From the NCBI GenBank assembly GCA_046596405.1, contig JBKJMN010000132.1, forward strand, positions 1-59,837: a DNA stretch of 59,837 bases. Direction: 5' to 3'. The first letter of the stretch is position 1. Each line of letters begins with the position of its first letter. The translations under genes and the position numbers were made by a program. Below are positions 39,944-50,033 of this stretch, one piece after another. This DNA is from Burkholderiales bacterium (GTDB lineage Bacteria > Pseudomonadota > Gammaproteobacteria > Burkholderiales > SG8-41). Below the pieces are notes generated by a model. The model saw only the letters and a list, made by a program, of their open reading frames with translations. It ran no database searches and had not been told where the DNA came from.

Positions 39944-41143
39944 ATGACCCCGTTGAGTGAGCAACTCGAAATCATCAAACGCGGCTGCGACGAGTTGCTG
40001 GTCGAGACCGAGCTCGCCGACAAGCTAAAAACCGGCCGGCCGTTACGCATCAAGGCTGGATTCGATCCGACCGCGCCCGATCTGCATATCGGCCATACCG
40101 TGCTGCTCAATAAGCTACGTCAATTGCAGGATCTCGGGCACCAGATCGTTTTCCTGATCGGCGACTTCACGGGAATGATAGGCGACCCCACCGGCAAGAA
40201 CGCGACGCGGCCGCCGCTGACCCGCGACGCGGTCGCCGCCAACGCGCAAACCTATACCGCGCAGGTCTTCAAGATACTCGACCAGGCCACAACGCAGATC
40301 GCATTCAATTCGACCTGGATGGACAAGCTCACTTCGGCCGACATGATCAAGCTGGCCGCGACTCACACGGTAGCGCGCATGCTGGAGCGCGACGATTTCG
40401 GCAAGCGCTACAAGTCGAACCAACCGATCGCGATCCACGAATTTCTCTACCCGCTGGTGCAGGGCTACGATTCGGTCGCGCTCAAGGCGGACCTCGAACT
40501 GGGCGGTACGGACCAGAAGTTCAACCTGTTGATGGGACGCGAGCTGCAGAAGCATTACGGCCAGGCGCCGCAATGCATACTGACGATGCCTTTGCTCGAA
40601 GGGCTGGACGGCGTCAACAAGATGTCGAAATCGCTCGGCAACTACGTCGGCATCACCGACCACCCGCACGACATGTTCGGCAAGCTGATGTCGATTTCGG
40701 ATGATCTGATGTGGCGGTATATAGAACTGCTGTCGTTCGCGCCGCTCGCGACCGTCAGGCACTGGAAAAAAGACGTCGACGCAGGCCGCAATCCGCGCGA
40801 CATCAAAGTCGCGTTCGCGCAGGAAATCGTCACGCGTTTCCATTCCAATGCCGCGGCCGCCGCGGCGCTCGCCGATTTCGAGGCGCGCTTCAAACAGGGC
40901 GAAATTCCGGCCAATATCGCCGAGGTGACGCTTGATGCCGGCGCCGACGGCATCGCGATTGCGAATCTGCTCAAGCAGGCCGCGCTCACCGCGAGCACTT
41001 CCGAAGCGTTACGCATGATCGCGCAGGGCGGGGTCAAGCTCGACGGCGAAAAAGTCACCGACAAGGCGCTCAAGCTCGCTGCCGGCCGCCAGATCGTCCT
41101 GCAGGTCGGCAAACGAAAATTTGCGCGCGTGACCCTGCGTTAG
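39944..41143 (+). CDS. tyrS: Tyrosine-tRNA ligase
   Basis: Class I motifs HIGH (LHIGHTV) and KMSKS (KMSKSLGN), plus a C-terminal S4-like domain. 399 codons. Confidence 0.95.
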   Translation: MTPLSEQLEIIKRGCDELLVETELADKLKTGRPLRIKAGFDPTAPDLHIGHTVLLNKLRQLQDLGHQIVFLIGDFTGMIGDPTGKNATRPPLTRDAVAANAQTYTAQVFKILDQATTQIAFNSTWMDKLTSADMIKLAATHTVARMLERDDFGKRYKSNQPIAIHEFLYPLVQGYDSVALKADLELGGTDQKFNLLMGRELQKHYGQAPQCILTMPLLEGLDGVNKMSKSLGNYVGITDHPHDMFGKLMSISDDLMWRYIELLSFAPLATVRHWKKDVDAGRNPRDIKVAFAQEIVTRFHSNAAAAAALADFEARFKQGEIPANIAEVTLDAGADGIAIANLLKQAALTASTSEALRMIAQGGVKLDGEKVTDKALKLAAGRQIVLQVGKRKFARVTLR

Positions 41144-41153
41144 CGGCGCGGCG

Positions 41154-42266
41154 CTAGGCGCGGTAGCGTCGAACGAACTTGCGGTCGATGTGGTCCTTCC
41201 ACCGCCACACCCACGCACCTTCGAGCTTGAGACGGCCATACGACGCGATCGCATACCGGTCGCCGGCGCTGAGCAGCGCCAACGCGAGCCGTTGCGGCTG
41301 GTATGGTCTGAGCGCGGCACCCGCCAGTGCGCGGCGCAGATTGGCCGCGAGCACCGGCCCTTGGCGCACGGCATACACGCCCGACTTCGGATAATCGTGG
41401 CCCGCGATGGTCGCGCAGTCGCCCGCGGCAAACACTTCACGCTGCGAGATCGACGACAGGCATGCATCCACGCTGACAAATCCGCGCGCATCGAGCGCGA
41501 GCCGCGTGTCCTTGAACCAGGCTGGCGGCGCGGCGCCGGTTGCCCAGATGGTCGCATCGCTGGGGATGGGGGCGGCGTTCGCCACGATTACCGCGTCAGC
41601 TTCGACGCGCACGACCCCGGCATTCAAATGCACCGCAATCCCGCGCTCGGCGAGCAGACGTTCGCCCGCGGCGCGCGTGGCACGATTGCGGTCCGGCAAT
41701 ACACCCGGGCTGGCCGTGACGAGGGCGAATGCGGTTGCGCGCGACGAAGTGGATTGCGCGAGCCGGTAGTGCATTGCCAGCACCAGCTCGAGTCCGGCGG
41801 CGCCGCCGCCAACGATCACTACACTGCGCACCGTGCCAGCCCGCGAGGAGTCGGCGATCCGCTCCCAGCGCTGTGCGAACGCGGGAAACGGTTTTACCGC
41901 GAGCGCGTGCTCGGCAGCGCCGGCGACTCCTGCGGTGGGCGGCATGGAGCCGACGTCGAGAGAAAGCAGGTCGTAATCGAGGAGGCGGCCGTCGCCAAGC
42001 CCGACCTGGCGACGCGCAGTATCGACACCGCACGCCGCCGCTCGCACAAAACGCACGCCGGCGCGGTGCGCGAGCTGCGGCAAATCGACCTGACAGTCAG
42101 CGAATTCGTAGTGGCCCGCAATCAGGCCCGGCAGCATCCCGGAATAGGTGGCGAATTGCGCGCAATCGACGAGCACGATCTCGGTATTCGCCGCCGGCAG
42201 CGCGCCGAACCGGCGCACGACTTCCAGATGGCTGTGACCGCCCCCGACGAGGACGACGCGCTTCAC
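41154..42266 (-). CDS. FAD/NAD(P)-binding pyridine nucleotide-disulfide oxidoreductase family protein (TIGR03169-like by recollection)
   Basis: Rossmann motifs VVLVGGGHSH and VVIVGGGAAGLE. 370 codons. GTG start. Confidence 0.7.
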   Translation of the reverse strand: MKRVVLVGGGHSHLEVVRRFGALPAANTEIVLVDCAQFATYSGMLPGLIAGHYEFADCQVDLPQLAHRAGVRFVRAAACGVDTARRQVGLGDGRLLDYDLLSLDVGSMPPTAGVAGAAEHALAVKPFPAFAQRWERIADSSRAGTVRSVVIVGGGAAGLELVLAMHYRLAQSTSSRATAFALVTASPGVLPDRNRATRAAGERLLAERGIAVHLNAGVVRVEADAVIVANAAPIPSDATIWATGAAPPAWFKDTRLALDARGFVSVDACLSSISQREVFAAGDCATIAGHDYPKSGVYAVRQGPVLAANLRRALAGAALRPYQPQRLALALLSAGDRYAIASYGRLKLEGAWVWRWKDHIDRKFVRRYRA

Positions 42267-42288
42267 GCGGGAGCGTTCATGCGCGGCG

Positions 42289-42918
42289 CTATTCCGGCGC
42301 CTTGCCCCACAATTGTTTCAAACGGTTGTCGCGCCCGCAGCCGCTGCGGTAGTACTTGTAGCGCAGCGGGTTCTTCAGATAATAATCCTGATGGTAATCC
42401 TCGGCCGGATAGAATTCCGCCGCGCGCGTGATTTCCGTAACGATGGCGCCGGTAAACGGCTTGTTGCGGTCGAGCGCCGCTTTGGACGCTTCAGCAAGCC
42501 GTTTCTGCTCGTCGTCGGTATAAAAAATCCCGCTGCGATATTGGGAGCCGTGATCGCAGAACTGCTGGTCTTTGACCGTCGGATCGATGTTATGCCAGAA
42601 CACGTCGAGCAGTTTTTCGTAAGTTACTTTCTGGGGGTCGTAAACAACCTGGACCGCCTCCGTGTGGCCGGTGCGGCCCGCGGACACCTCCTCGTACGTC
42701 GGATTTTTTTTCTGGCCCCCGATGTAGCCCGACGTGGTGGACACCACGCCAGGCAGCACGTCGAACGGTTGTTCCATGCACCAGAAGCAGCCGCCGGCGA
42801 AAATCGCTTTGGCTTGGGCGGGCTTTGGCGCGGGTTTGGCGGTCTGGCCGGTGGCGGCGGTCGCCCCCAATAACAGCGTAGCGCTAAACGCGATGAGTAC
42901 ATTGCGGATGGTCGACAT
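42289..42918 (-). CDS. msrA: Peptide-methionine (S)-S-oxide reductase MsrA with an N-terminal signal peptide
   Basis: GGCFWCME active site and TGHTEAVQVVYDP. Preceded by a hydrophobic signal-like N-terminus, MSTIRNVLIAFSATLLLGATAATG. Confidence 0.9.
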   Translation of the reverse strand: MSTIRNVLIAFSATLLLGATAATGQTAKPAPKPAQAKAIFAGGCFWCMEQPFDVLPGVVSTTSGYIGGQKKNPTYEEVSAGRTGHTEAVQVVYDPQKVTYEKLLDVFWHNIDPTVKDQQFCDHGSQYRSGIFYTDDEQKRLAEASKAALDRNKPFTGAIVTEITRAAEFYPAEDYHQDYYLKNPLRYKYYRSGCGRDNRLKQLWGKAPE

Positions 42919-43082
42919 AACGATCTCCTAGAATGCGAATGGATTGCGGCCGGCAGGGCGGGGTGCCAGCTTAGTCGCCGGCGCCGGACTTTCCTTGCAT
43001 GCCGCATATTATCAGCCCCGGCGCTCCCTCGAGAGCCTTGATTAAACGCGTATCGCGTCGCGGTCTCCAGCGACGGTCAGCC

Positions 43083-43116
43083 ACGTCACGAAGCTGTAAC
43101 AATCGCCGCTTATCAT
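43083..43116 (+). promoter_or_regulatory. Candidate Pho box plus -10 element for pstSCAB-phoU
   Basis: ACGTCAC gaag CTGTAAC (5/7 and 6/7 matches to CTGTCAC with the 4-nt spacer of a Pho box), then TATCAT 10 nt downstream. Lies about 50-85 nt upstream of the pstS ATG. Confidence 0.4.
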
Positions 43117-43166
43117 GTGCCCATTCGCAGCTTATCCCTCGCGTTTTCACTCTGGAGAGTCAGTAA

Positions 43167-44216
43167 ATGAAATCCGAATCCTGCCAACGATTTATCGCAT
43201 CCGCAGCGATGGCATTGGGGCTTGCGGCGGCAATCCCGGCAGTTGCCGCCGACATCACCGGTGCCGGCGCGACTTTTCCGTACCCGATCTATTCGAAGTG
43301 GGCCGAAGCCTACCGCGCCAAAACCGGCGTCGGACTGAATTATCAATCGATCGGTTCCGGCGGGGGCATCAAGCAAATTCTCGCCAAGACGGTCGATTTC
43401 GGCGCTTCGGATGCGCCGCTCCAGCCCGCGCAATTGGAAAAGGACGGGCTCGTGCAATTTCCGACGGTGATGGGCGGCGTAGTGCCGGTCTTCAATCTGG
43501 AAGGCATCAAGGCGGGCGGTTTGCAGTTGAGCGGTGCCCTGCTCGCCGACATTTATCTCGGCAAAATCACGAAGTGGAACGCGCCGGCCATCACGGCGCT
43601 CAACAAGGGTGTCAAGCTGCCTGACCAGGACATCACCGTCGTGGCGCGTTCGGACGGCTCGGGAACCACGTTCATTTTCACGCACTACCTGGCGAAAGTG
43701 AGCGGGGAATGGAAAGACAAGGCGGGCAACAACACGTCGGTCAAATGGCCGGCGGGGGTTTCCGGTAAAGGCAATGAAGGTGTGGCGGCCTACGTGCAGC
43801 GGTTGTCCGGATCTGTCGGCTACGTGGAATATGCTTACGCATTGCAGAACAAGATGTCGTATGCGCTGCTGCAAAACAAGGACGGCAATTTCGTCAAGCC
43901 CGATGACAAGTCTTTCCGCGCGGCCGCGGCCAATGCGCAGTGGGACAAAGCTCCCGGCTTCTACCTGCTGCTGACGGACCAGCCCGGCAAAGAGAGCTGG
44001 CCGATTACGGGCGCGACTTTCATACTCATGCACAAGAAACAGGACAAGCCCGACAATGCCACCATCGCGCTCAAATTTTTCGATTGGGCGTACGAAAGCG
44101 GCGACAAGATGGCGCTCGACCTCGACTACGTGCCGATGCCGGACAGCGTGGTCAAGCTGGTGAAGGCGGAATGGAAAAAAATCCAGGACGCATCAGGCAA
44201 GCCGGTGGCGTACTAA
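43167..44216 (+). CDS. pstS: Phosphate ABC transporter substrate-binding protein
   Basis: Signal peptide, then ITGAGATFPYPIYSKWA...YQSIGSGGG, typical PstS. Confidence 0.95.
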   Translation: MKSESCQRFIASAAMALGLAAAIPAVAADITGAGATFPYPIYSKWAEAYRAKTGVGLNYQSIGSGGGIKQILAKTVDFGASDAPLQPAQLEKDGLVQFPTVMGGVVPVFNLEGIKAGGLQLSGALLADIYLGKITKWNAPAITALNKGVKLPDQDITVVARSDGSGTTFIFTHYLAKVSGEWKDKAGNNTSVKWPAGVSGKGNEGVAAYVQRLSGSVGYVEYAYALQNKMSYALLQNKDGNFVKPDDKSFRAAAANAQWDKAPGFYLLLTDQPGKESWPITGATFILMHKKQDKPDNATIALKFFDWAYESGDKMALDLDYVPMPDSVVKLVKAEWKKIQDASGKPVAY

Positions 44217-44219
44217 GCG

Positions 44220-44246
44220 TTGCTACAGCGTTGTTGCTACAGCGTT
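44220..44246 (+). repeat. Tandem direct repeat (13-mer TTGCTACAGCGTT twice, 14-nt period) just after the pstS stop
   Basis: Exact copies at 44220-44232 and 44234-44246. Confidence 0.85.
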
Positions 44247-44259
44247 CAAACCGAAGTAA

Positions 44260-44283
44260 CGCGAGAGGCTGCGGCCTCTCGCG
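44260..44283 (+). other. Perfect 10-bp stem-loop between pstS and pstC
   Basis: CGCGAGAGGC tgcg GCCTCTCGCG, followed by tggtttc (no clean U-tract). The arms use the same GCGAGAGGC/GCCTCTCGC words as the mreB|mreC and gatC|gatA elements. Confidence 0.8.
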
Positions 44284-44301
44284 TGGTTTCACGGCATAGG
44301 C

Positions 44302-45321
44302 ATGCCTCCCCACGAGTTCACGGCAGTGGCGTCGTCGTCCCACGAAGCGGGGGCGCAGTACGCTTATAATCAGCGACCCAAGCCGGTACAGAGGTTGGTC
44401 TGGATGGACGCATTCTTCAAGAACCTGACGCGATTCTTCGCGTTCTTCGTGTTTTCGATCCTGGCGGCGATCCTGATTTCGCTGCTCGTGCACAGCCAGA
44501 TCGCGCTTTCCAAGTACGGTTTCAATTTTCTGATCAATCCCGAATGGGATCCGGTCACGGAAGAATTTGGCGCGCTGGTGCCGATTTACGGCACGTTGGT
44601 GAGTTCCGCCATCGCAATGATCATCGGCATCCCCGTCAGTTTCGGCATCGCTTTGTTTTTGACCGAGCTGTCGCCGCCCTGGCTCAAGCGTCCGCTGGGC
44701 ACCGCGATCGAAATGCTCGCCGCGATTCCCAGCATCATCTACGGCATGTGGGGTTTGTTCGTCTTCGCACCGGTGTTCAGCGAGTACGTGCAACCGGTCT
44801 TGATCAAAGCGTTCGGACCGATACCCATACTCGGTCCCCTGTTCAAGGGGCCGGCCATGGGCATCGGCATGCTGACCGCCGGCATCATTCTCGCGGTCAT
44901 GGTGATTCCCTTTATCACGGCGGTAATGCGCGACGTGTTCGAGTTGGTGCCGCCCCTGCTCAAGGAGGCGGCATACGGGCTGGGTGCCACGACATGGGAA
45001 GTCGTTTGGCGGGTCGTGTTGCCCTATACCAAGATCGGCGTCGTCGGCGGCGTCATGCTTGGTCTCGGCCGTGCGCTCGGTGAAACGATGGCGGTCACGT
45101 TCGTGATCGGCAACGCGCATCGTTTGAGCACATCGCTGCTCGCACCGGGCAACACCATTGCCTCGTCGCTGGCCAATGAGTTCACGGAAGCCGTCGGCGA
45201 TCTGCATTCCGCCGCGTTGATCGAGCTGGGCCTGATCCTGTTCCTGATAACGACGATCGTTCTCGCCTTGTCGAAGTTGCTCCTGCAGCAACTGTCGAAG
45301 CGCGAAGGCCAGCAGAGTTAG
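44302..45321 (+). CDS. pstC: Phosphate ABC transporter permease PstC
   Basis: Polytopic permease with EAAYGLGAT (EAA loop). The start is uncertain: ATG 44302 or ATG 44404. Confidence 0.9.
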   Translation: MPPHEFTAVASSSHEAGAQYAYNQRPKPVQRLVWMDAFFKNLTRFFAFFVFSILAAILISLLVHSQIALSKYGFNFLINPEWDPVTEEFGALVPIYGTLVSSAIAMIIGIPVSFGIALFLTELSPPWLKRPLGTAIEMLAAIPSIIYGMWGLFVFAPVFSEYVQPVLIKAFGPIPILGPLFKGPAMGIGMLTAGIILAVMVIPFITAVMRDVFELVPPLLKEAAYGLGATTWEVVWRVVLPYTKIGVVGGVMLGLGRALGETMAVTFVIGNAHRLSTSLLAPGNTIASSLANEFTEAVGDLHSAALIELGLILFLITTIVLALSKLLLQQLSKREGQQS

Positions 45322-45330
45322 GAGCGCCTG

Positions 45331-46182
45331 ATGCAAGCGGCCGTTTCACCGACCAACCGGATTTACCGGCGCCGGCGCTTTGTTAATGCGCTGATGCTGT
45401 GCATTTCCGGCATCACGCTGGTGTTCGGCTTGTTCTGGCTGATGTGGATCCTGATTACTCTGTTTTACGAGGGCTTCAGCGCTTTGGGTCCCACACTTTT
45501 CACGCACAACACCCCCCCGCCAGGCAGCAACGGCGGGTTGCTGAACGCGATTGTGGGAAGCCTGCTTATGGCCGCGACGGGCACGCTGATCGGAACCCCC
45601 ATAGGCATCCTCGCGGGGACTTATCTCGCCGAATTCGGGCGCCGCGGCTGGCTCGCGCCGGCCACGCGTTTTATCAACGATATTCTGCTATCTGCGCCGT
45701 CCATCGTGATCGGCCTGTTCATCTATTCGGTTTATGTCGCCAAAGTCGGCCATTTCGCCGGCTGGGGCGGCGCGCTCGCGCTGTCGCTGATCGTGATTCC
45801 GGTGGTCGTGCGCACGACGGACGACATGTTGAAACTGGTGCCGGACAGCCTGCGCGAAGCGGCCATCGCATTGGGCGCGCCGGCGTGGAAGATGATTGTG
45901 TACGTGTCGTATCGCGCGGCCAAAGCCGGGATCGTCACCGGTATTCTGCTCGCGGTCGCGCGCATCAGCGGTGAGACGGCGCCTTTGTTGTTCACCGCTC
46001 TGAACAACCAGTTCTTTTCGTTCAACATGAACCAGCCGATGGCCAACCTGCCGGTAGTCATATTCCAGTTCGCGATGAGCCCTTATCCGGATTGGCACCG
46101 GCTCGCGTGGGGCGGCGCGATCTTGATCACGCTCGGCGTGCTCGGGCTCAACATTCTTGCGCGCGTGCTGTTTCGGCGTTGA
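45331..46182 (+). CDS. pstA: Phosphate ABC transporter permease PstA
   Basis: Polytopic permease with [10 protein letters not shown] (EAA loop), following pstC. Confidence 0.92.
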   Translation: MQAAVSPTNRIYRRRRFVNALMLCISGITLVFGLFWLMWILITLFYEGFSALGPTLFTHNTPPPGSNGGLLNAIVGSLLMAATGTLIGTPIGILAGTYLAEFGRRGWLAPATRFINDILLSAPSIVIGLFIYSVYVAKVGHFAGWGGALALSLIVIPVVVRTTDDMLKLVPDSLREAAIALGAPAWKMIVYVSYRAAKAGIVTGILLAVARISGETAPLLFTALNNQFFSFNMNQPMANLPVVIFQFAMSPYPDWHRLAWGGAILITLGVLGLNILARVLFRR

Positions 46183-46216
46183 CCCGCACTACCGAATATC
46201 ACCGGAAGCAAAACCC

Positions 46217-46993
46217 ATGACCGCAGAACTGCAGTTCGATAATCCGAAGCTGGAGGTGAATGACCTGAATTTTTACTACGGCAAGTATCAGGCGATAAAG
46301 AATGTCTCGATGGACATTCCGGCCAACAAGGTCACCGCGTTCATCGGCCCCTCGGGCTGCGGCAAGTCGACGTTGCTGCGCACGTTCAATCGCCTGTACG
46401 AGCTTTATCCCGGTCAGCGCGCCGAAGGCGAAATCCGCCTCGACGGCAATAACATCCTCGACCAAGCCCAGGACATCACGCTGTTGCGCGCCAAGGTCGG
46501 CATGGTGTTCCAGAAGCCGACGCCGTTCCCGATGTCGATCTACGACAATATTTCTTTCGGCGTGCGCTTGTACGAGAACCTGAGCCGCGGCGAAATGGAC
46601 GAGCGCATCGAGTGGGCATTGACCAAGGCGGCGCTGTGGAAGGAAGTGAAGGACAAGCTGAACCAGAGCGGCAACAGCCTGTCGGGCGGCCAGCAGCAAC
46701 GGCTGTGCATCGCGCGCGGCATCGCGATCAAGCCCGAGGTGCTGCTGCTCGATGAGCCGTGCTCGGCGCTCGACCCGATTTCAACGTCGCGCATCGAGGA
46801 GCTCGTCGACGAGCTCAAGGCCGATTACACGGTCGTCATCGTGACCCACAACATGCAGCAGGCGGCGCGCGTTTCGGACTACACTGCTTACATGTATCTG
46901 GGCGAGCTGATCGAATTCGGCGCCACCGACAACATCTTCATCAAGCCCAAGCGCAAGGAAACCGAGGACTACATTACCGGGCGCTTTGGCTGA
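46217..46993 (+). CDS. pstB: Phosphate ABC transporter ATP-binding protein
   Basis: Walker [10 protein letters not shown], signature LSGGQQQR, Walker B LLLDEP. Trimmed to ATG 46217. Confidence 0.96.
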   Translation: MTAELQFDNPKLEVNDLNFYYGKYQAIKNVSMDIPANKVTAFIGPSGCGKSTLLRTFNRLYELYPGQRAEGEIRLDGNNILDQAQDITLLRAKVGMVFQKPTPFPMSIYDNISFGVRLYENLSRGEMDERIEWALTKAALWKEVKDKLNQSGNSLSGGQQQRLCIARGIAIKPEVLLLDEPCSALDPISTSRIEELVDELKADYTVVIVTHNMQQAARVSDYTAYMYLGELIEFGATDNIFIKPKRKETEDYITGRFG

Positions 46994-47015
46994 TGCCGTC
47001 CCAGGAGCTGCGACT

Positions 47016-47717
47016 ATGACCGATCATTCCTCCAAGCAATACGACATCGAACTCGAGACCCTGCGCTCGCGCGTACTCGAGATGGGCGGGCTCGTCGAAT
47101 CCCAGATCCTGTCGGCAATCGACGGCTTGACGAGCGGCGATTTGCGCGTGCTCGATCACGTGGTGACCGAAGACCATCGCGTCAATGCGCTCGAGGTGAG
47201 CATCGACACCGAATGCAGCCAGCTGATCGCGCGCCGGCAGCCGGCCGCCGGCGATCTGCGCATGGTGCTCGCAATCATCAAGATCGTGACCGACCTCGAG
47301 CGCATCGGCGACGAGGCGGCCAAGATCGCGCGCATGGGCAAGCAGAGCTACGGGCGCGCGCGCATGCCGAGCACACCCGTGGCTGCCGTCAAGCACGTCG
47401 GCGAGATCGCGCTGGGCATGCTGCGCAAGGCGCTCGACGCGCTGGCGCGGCTCGACCCGGTCGCCGCGGCGTCGATCGTGCGCGAGGATTTCGCAATCGA
47501 CGAGGAATTTCGCGCGATCGTGCGCCAGTTGATCACGTTCATGATGGAAGATCCGCGCACGATTTCGCAGTCGCTCGAAATTCTGTGGATCGCCAAGGCC
47601 ATCGAGCGCATCGGCGATCATTCGAAGAACATGGCGGAGCAGGTGATATACATCGTCAAAGGCACCGACGTGCGCCACACCACGGTCGAAGAGCTCGAGC
47701 GCGAGGCGCTCGGGTGA
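47016..47717 (+). CDS. phoU: Phosphate signalling complex protein PhoU
   Basis: Duplicated PhoU repeats with DLERIGDEA and AIERIGDHS. AGGAG lies 8 nt upstream of ATG 47016. Confidence 0.94.
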   Translation: MTDHSSKQYDIELETLRSRVLEMGGLVESQILSAIDGLTSGDLRVLDHVVTEDHRVNALEVSIDTECSQLIARRQPAAGDLRMVLAIIKIVTDLERIGDEAAKIARMGKQSYGRARMPSTPVAAVKHVGEIALGMLRKALDALARLDPVAAASIVREDFAIDEEFRAIVRQLITFMMEDPRTISQSLEILWIAKAIERIGDHSKNMAEQVIYIVKGTDVRHTTVEELEREALG

Positions 47718-47730
47718 CGGGCGGTAGCGC

Positions 47731-48414
47731 ATGAGCAGCGACATCCTGGTGGTTGAGGACGAACCCGCGATCCAGGAACTGATCGCGGTCAACCTCGAGC
47801 ATGCGGGGCACCGTGTGCAGCGCGCGCACAGCGGGGCGGAGGCCGACGCGTTAATTCGCGAAGTGAAGCCGGACCTGATTCTGCTCGACTGGATGCTGCC
47901 CGACGTCGCGGGCACCGTGCTCGCCCGCAAATTGCGCGCCGACACGCGCAGCAAAGACATTCCGATCATCATGCTCACCGCGCGCGCGCAGGAGCAGGAC
48001 AAAATCGAGGGTCTCGACGCCGGCGCCGACGATTACATCACGAAGCCGTTTTCACCCAAAGAGTTGATGGCGCGCATCAAGGCGGTGTTGCGCCGCCGCG
48101 CGCCGCAGCTCACCGACGATCTGATCGCGGTTGACGGACTTGAGCTCGACCCGGCCGCGCACCGGGTCACCGGCGCGGGCCGGGAACTGCGCCTGGGGCC
48201 CACCGAATTCAAGCTGCTGCATTTTTTCATGACGCATCCAGAACGCGTCTACAGCCGCATGCAGCTGCTCGACCAGGTGTGGGGCGATCATGTGTTCGTC
48301 GAAGAACGCACGGTCGACGTCCACATCCGGCGCCTGCGCCAGGCGCTTGAATCGACCGGTCACGACCGCCTGATCGAAACCGTACGCGGCGCCGGCTATA
48401 GATTGCACGGTTGA
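47731..48414 (+). CDS. phoB: Phosphate regulon response regulator PhoB
   Basis: Receiver domain (ILVVEDEP...DLILLDWMLP), OmpR-type winged helix (VDVHIRRLR...TVRGAGY). Sits next to phoU and phoR. Confidence 0.94.
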   Translation: MSSDILVVEDEPAIQELIAVNLEHAGHRVQRAHSGAEADALIREVKPDLILLDWMLPDVAGTVLARKLRADTRSKDIPIIMLTARAQEQDKIEGLDAGADDYITKPFSPKELMARIKAVLRRRAPQLTDDLIAVDGLELDPAAHRVTGAGRELRLGPTEFKLLHFFMTHPERVYSRMQLLDQVWGDHVFVEERTVDVHIRRLRQALESTGHDRLIETVRGAGYRLHG

Positions 48415-48472
48415 TCGCCGCCGCCGCGCGCCGCCCCCGGCGTGACGGCGGCACGACCGTGCGATAATCGGA

Positions 48473-49825
48473 ATGCCCTTTCCTGCGCCGGGTTTTGTGG
48501 ACCGACTACTGCTTCGTACGCTGGTGACCGTTGCGTTGATCGCGCTCGCAGCGTGGATCACGTCCCTGTTGTTCGGCGCAACGGCCGGCTGGGTGTCATT
48601 CAGCGCCGCCGTCGTGGTGTTGCTCCTGCATCACATGCGTCACGTCGAAGCGCTGACCCGCTGGCTTCAACAACCGGAGGCCGGGCAGGTGCCGGTAGGC
48701 AGTGGAGCTTGGGACTATATATTTTCGCTCCTTTACCGCTTCGAGCGCATCCAGACCAAACAGCAGCAGCAGCTCGCCAGGACGCTGGTGCGCTTTCGCC
48801 AGGCCGCCCGCGCGCATCCCGACGGCGTGGTGATACTCGATGCCCACAACCGGATCGAGTGGTGCAACGACACTGCCGAATTCCATTTCGATCTCAATGT
48901 CGAAACCGATATCGGCCAGCCCGTGATCAATCTGATGCGCCAGCCGGAGTTCGTCGCTTATGCGGAGTCCGCCGACTACGCGCAGCCGCTCGAGTTGCGC
49001 TCGACGCGCGGCGGAGGCGCCGTATTTTCGGTGCAGATCATCCCGTACGGCGACGCGCAGAAGCTGTTGCTGTCGCGCGACGTCACGCGGCTCGAAAGGC
49101 TCGAAACGATGCGCCGCGACTTCGTCGCCAACGTATCTCACGAGTTGAGGACGCCGCTGACCGTCCTGTCCGGTTTCCTGGAGACCATCAAGGAGCTGCC
49201 GCTCGATCCGCAGCGCTCGCGCGATTACTTGAATCTCATGGCGGAACAAGGCAGGCGCATGGAGCGCATCGTCGATGATCTGCTGACGCTGTCCACGCTC
49301 GAATCCGCGCCCAATCCGTCGCTCGACGAACGCGTGCCCGTAACGCCGCTGCTGGAACGCGTGCGGATCGATGGCGCGGCGTTGAGCGCCGGCCGGCATC
49401 GCATCGTGGTCGAGGCGGAGCCCGGGTTCGATCTGCTCGGCGCGGAAAGCGAAATCGCGAGCGCGTTCGGCAATCTGGTGACCAACGCGGTGCGTTACAC
49501 GCCGGACGGCGGCGAGCTGCGCATCACATGGCGGGCCAGCACGGATGAAGCGGAGTTCGCTGTCATCGATTCGGGCATCGGCATTGCGCCCGAACACATT
49601 CCGCGCCTGACCGAGCGCTTTTACCGCGTCGATCGCGGCCGTTCGCGCGCGACCGGCGGCACCGGCCTGGGACTCGCGATCGTCAAGCACATCCTGAACC
49701 GGCATCAGGCCACGCTCGAGATCAAGAGCGAGGCCGGCAAGGGCAGCCGTTTTGCGGCGCGCTTTCCCGCCCGGCGCGTCGTGCCGGCCGTGGCGGCGCT
49801 GACGAGCGCCGGTCGCGCCGCATAA
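48473..49825 (+). CDS. phoR: Phosphate regulon sensor histidine kinase PhoR
   Basis: TM region, PAS-like segment, H-box FVANVSHELRTPL, and N/G boxes (NAVRYTP, GGTGLGLAIVKH). Confidence 0.92.
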   Translation: MPFPAPGFVDRLLLRTLVTVALIALAAWITSLLFGATAGWVSFSAAVVVLLLHHMRHVEALTRWLQQPEAGQVPVGSGAWDYIFSLLYRFERIQTKQQQQLARTLVRFRQAARAHPDGVVILDAHNRIEWCNDTAEFHFDLNVETDIGQPVINLMRQPEFVAYAESADYAQPLELRSTRGGGAVFSVQIIPYGDAQKLLLSRDVTRLERLETMRRDFVANVSHELRTPLTVLSGFLETIKELPLDPQRSRDYLNLMAEQGRRMERIVDDLLTLSTLESAPNPSLDERVPVTPLLERVRIDGAALSAGRHRIVVEAEPGFDLLGAESEIASAFGNLVTNAVRYTPDGGELRITWRASTDEAEFAVIDSGIGIAPEHIPRLTERFYRVDRGRSRATGGTGLGLAIVKHILNRHQATLEIKSEAGKGSRFAARFPARRVVPAVAALTSAGRAA

Positions 49826-50033
49826 GCCGGCCATTTTTTTCAGGCGGGCTGCGCGGGTTGCCCGCGCCGACAGCAAATCGATCACGGATACAAATACGAT
49901 CAGGATGATCAACACCAGGTGTTAAAGCAGCCCAAAAAACCGTGGCATCGGCGGCGCGAAATATCTATACTCGGCCCTCATGATGTCTAGCAATCGACGC
50001 GCCTGAGCTGACGGCGCACCAGCCCCTCGAACA

